Assembly: GCA_002104945.1 (NCBI GenBank)
Contig: MCFH01000025.1
Coordinates: 558,001 to 622,000 of the forward strand
Length of the DNA stretch: 64,000 nt
Origin: Piromyces finnis finn
Lineage: Eukaryota; Fungi; Neocallimastigomycota
Direction: 5' to 3'
Shown: one piece after another, positions 61,618-64,000 of the stretch
Numbering within the stretch: position 1 is the stretch's first letter
Layout of the letters: each line of letters opens with the position of its first letter
Made by a program: the position numbers and the translations under genes
The notes under the pieces: model-generated
Database searches by the model: none
The model's input: only the letters and a program-made list of their open reading frames with translations
What the model was told of the DNA's origin: nothing

Positions 61618-64000
61618 TGTTGTTGTTGTTGTTGTATCTCTGACAATTTTGGTAGTAGTACTTTCAATATCATTAGTTCTTGTAGTAGTAGTAGTAGTAG
61701 AAGAGGATTTAGATTTTGCTGATTTGATTCTCTCATTAATATCACGCTTTTTTAATTTATATTTTTCTTCATCTGTTTTATCATCTTTGGGTGGATAAAT
61801 ATCATTTTCTAATTTTCTATATTTTGCAAAAATATTCTTTGCAGTAACTATTAAATGACCATTATTAGCAATAAAGAATTTTGGTTTATTTGTATTAATG
61901 TTTAAATAATCAATACCATTTCTCCATCTAATAGTTTCTTCACTAAATTTACCAAAACATAAAGCCAATTCACCTGTAGGTAACAAACCAAAATACCATT
62001 TACCATGTGGAGATTTAAGAGGATTATCAGGTTCTAATATTTCACCAGAAATTAATGTATTTTTATTACCATTTTCTAAATTTACTTGTTTATTTTGAAA
62101 ATCATCATCTACAATATACAATATCAATAAAATCTTCTTTTGTATTACTTTTAGAATTACATTTAACAATAGATTGAGTTGCATCAATAGTTCTTACTGT
62201 ATGAATACTTTTCTGGAAGTTTATAAATGTTTCACTATAACCATTAATATCACCACATGCCCAAATATTAATTTCAGATTCGAATATAGGAACAATAGTT
62301 AAATTGTAGCAACCATTATCGGGAATATTCCATTCAAGATTTTTTGTAAATTCATATGTAACTGTTTTTGATAATGACTTGGAATAAGTTTTTTCTGCAG
62401 ATATATCAATAGCTGTATCCATAGATATATCGTCTGTGTGTGAAATAGTATTTGATTTACCAAAAGAATAACTTTGAGAGGACGATGTTGTGGTTGAGGA
62501 TTCGGAAGTCCAACCATTTTCTGTAGTGAAAGTATTTGTTAAAGAATTAGAAATAGTATCAGATTTTGAGTTTTCTTCAGTACTAGTTTCTGAACGACCT
62601 ACAGTATATGAATCGGAATAACCATTACTAGTAGTCCAAGTATTACTAAGACCAGAAGTATCCGTATAAGTATCAGACCATTCTTTGGTTTCAGATGTAC
62701 TTCCACCCCATGAACTACCACTGGTATGGGAATCACTAGTTGATCTTGTACCAGCTAAAGCAAGATTGAGTTCTTGTAAAGAATTAGCAGCGTTGAGTTC
62801 TCTTTGTAATTCTCTATCTTGTCTTGCAATTTCTTCTTCAGATGCAATAGATTTTTCTGTAAGAGCATTAGCTGCTTTAGCAATTTCATTAGCCTCATAT
62901 GCAGCTTTATTGGCATCTCTGACAATATCATTAGCTTCATAAGCAGCCTTATTTGCATCTTTAGCAATATCGTTAGCTTGAAATTGTGCTACAACACCTG
63001 CCACTTCACAACCAGTATTAATTGCTTCTTCAGCAATACCTACTACAGCTGTAACAGGATTAAGTTTAGTAACAAGTTTTTCTAAACCGCCGAGAAAACC
63101 TCGCTTATTCAGATCTCTTTTTTTTTGGTGTATTCTTAGCATTATTGTAATCATTAATATCCATTCTTGAGTATTCTTCTGTATGAGATACTTCTTCACT
63201 TTTTCTCCAATTACTTTCATTAGTAACAGAACCCCCATTAGATCTAGCATGTGAATGTTCTTCACTAATGGTATCATCATGAGTAGTTGTATGAGTATTA
63301 CTTGTTTCATCAGTTACAGAATGTGATTTAGAAGTTGTATATGATACAGTTCTTTCAGAAGCGTTAGATTGACTGTTAGATTCGGATTTTGAAATAGTGT
63401 TACCATTAGTAGAAGCTATAGATGCTTCTAAAATCGTATTTATATCATCAGAAAAAGAATTCGTATCACTTGAAACAATACCATAAGATTGGTGATAAGT
63501 ATTACCATTAGTATCAGAAATAGTCACTGAATCTTCAATAGTATTACTAACACGAATGCTACAAGAAATTGTTGCTCCTTTCATATTATATACTAAACCA
63601 CATTGTTCTATATTATAATTGCCATTTTTATCTTTAACTAAATTATCAAAAGTAGACTTTTTATCACCACCACCAATAGATCTTCCAACATTTGTAATAA
63701 TATTAACATCTTTATTACCAATGATTAAAGAATTATGATATGGATTATAGGCTGGATTGACACTGGTTAAAGGAATACATTTTAAAGTCTTTTCCAGATC
63801 GATTAATTTTTTGTAAAGATTATTGTAATATTCGGTAAATTCTTCTTTAGTATTTAAGTTTAAAACATTTTCATTATTATCTCTCTTGACAAAATTTTTA
63901 AATTTCTTGACTTTAGGTTCATTGAGAGAATTTCTTTTATTAATAATAACAACTTCGTCTTTATCATCATTTGAAATACTATCAGTTACATTTTCTTCTG
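60522..64000 (-). pseudogene. Frameshifted (or mis-assembled) secreted toxin/lectin-like protein: long S/T beta-stem (aerolysin/ETX-MTX2-like), helical insert, bulb-lectin-like domain, T/K linker, 2x ricin-B, CBM18; N-terminus beyond window
   Basis: Frame open from 63998 to the T9 run at 63118-63126. Four overlapping ORFs join by three +1 shifts. CBM18 GRCG....[28 protein letters not shown]. Ricin QxW-like motifs YLWEI, NQYW, SKWIV, DQHWEI. B-lectin-like GEILEPDNPLKSPHGKWYFGLLPTGELAL. Confidence 0.75.

Overview
Extremely AT-rich eukaryotic DNA with GT-AG introns. Fungal non-catalytic dockerins and intronless GH1/GH6 genes point to an anaerobic gut fungus (Neocallimastigomycota). Host genes: three near-identical secreted GH1 beta-glucosidases, a U2 snRNA missed by the ORF track, a two-finger GATA factor, yippee/Moh1, a DUF1909-type Zn-finger protein, a long coiled-coil protein (tentatively ICE1-like), a TVP15-family protein, and a dockerin-bearing GH6. 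There are two intact ~5.7-kb single-ORF LINEs in opposite orientation, each with a TSD. Each sits in or beside older copies of its own family and starts with tandem 124-bp highly structured monomers. The right end holds a frameshifted toxin-like gene: a very long Ser/Thr beta-rich aerolysin/ETX-like stem interrupted by a KR-preceded amphipathic/helical segment, then a bulb-lectin-like domain, two ricin-B trefoils and CBM18. A degraded paralog fragment with a different segment after the conserved motif lies next to it. The best novelty candidates are this toxin-like family and the LINE 5' RNA monomer with self-nesting insertions. All calls were made by eye; no searches or folding were run.
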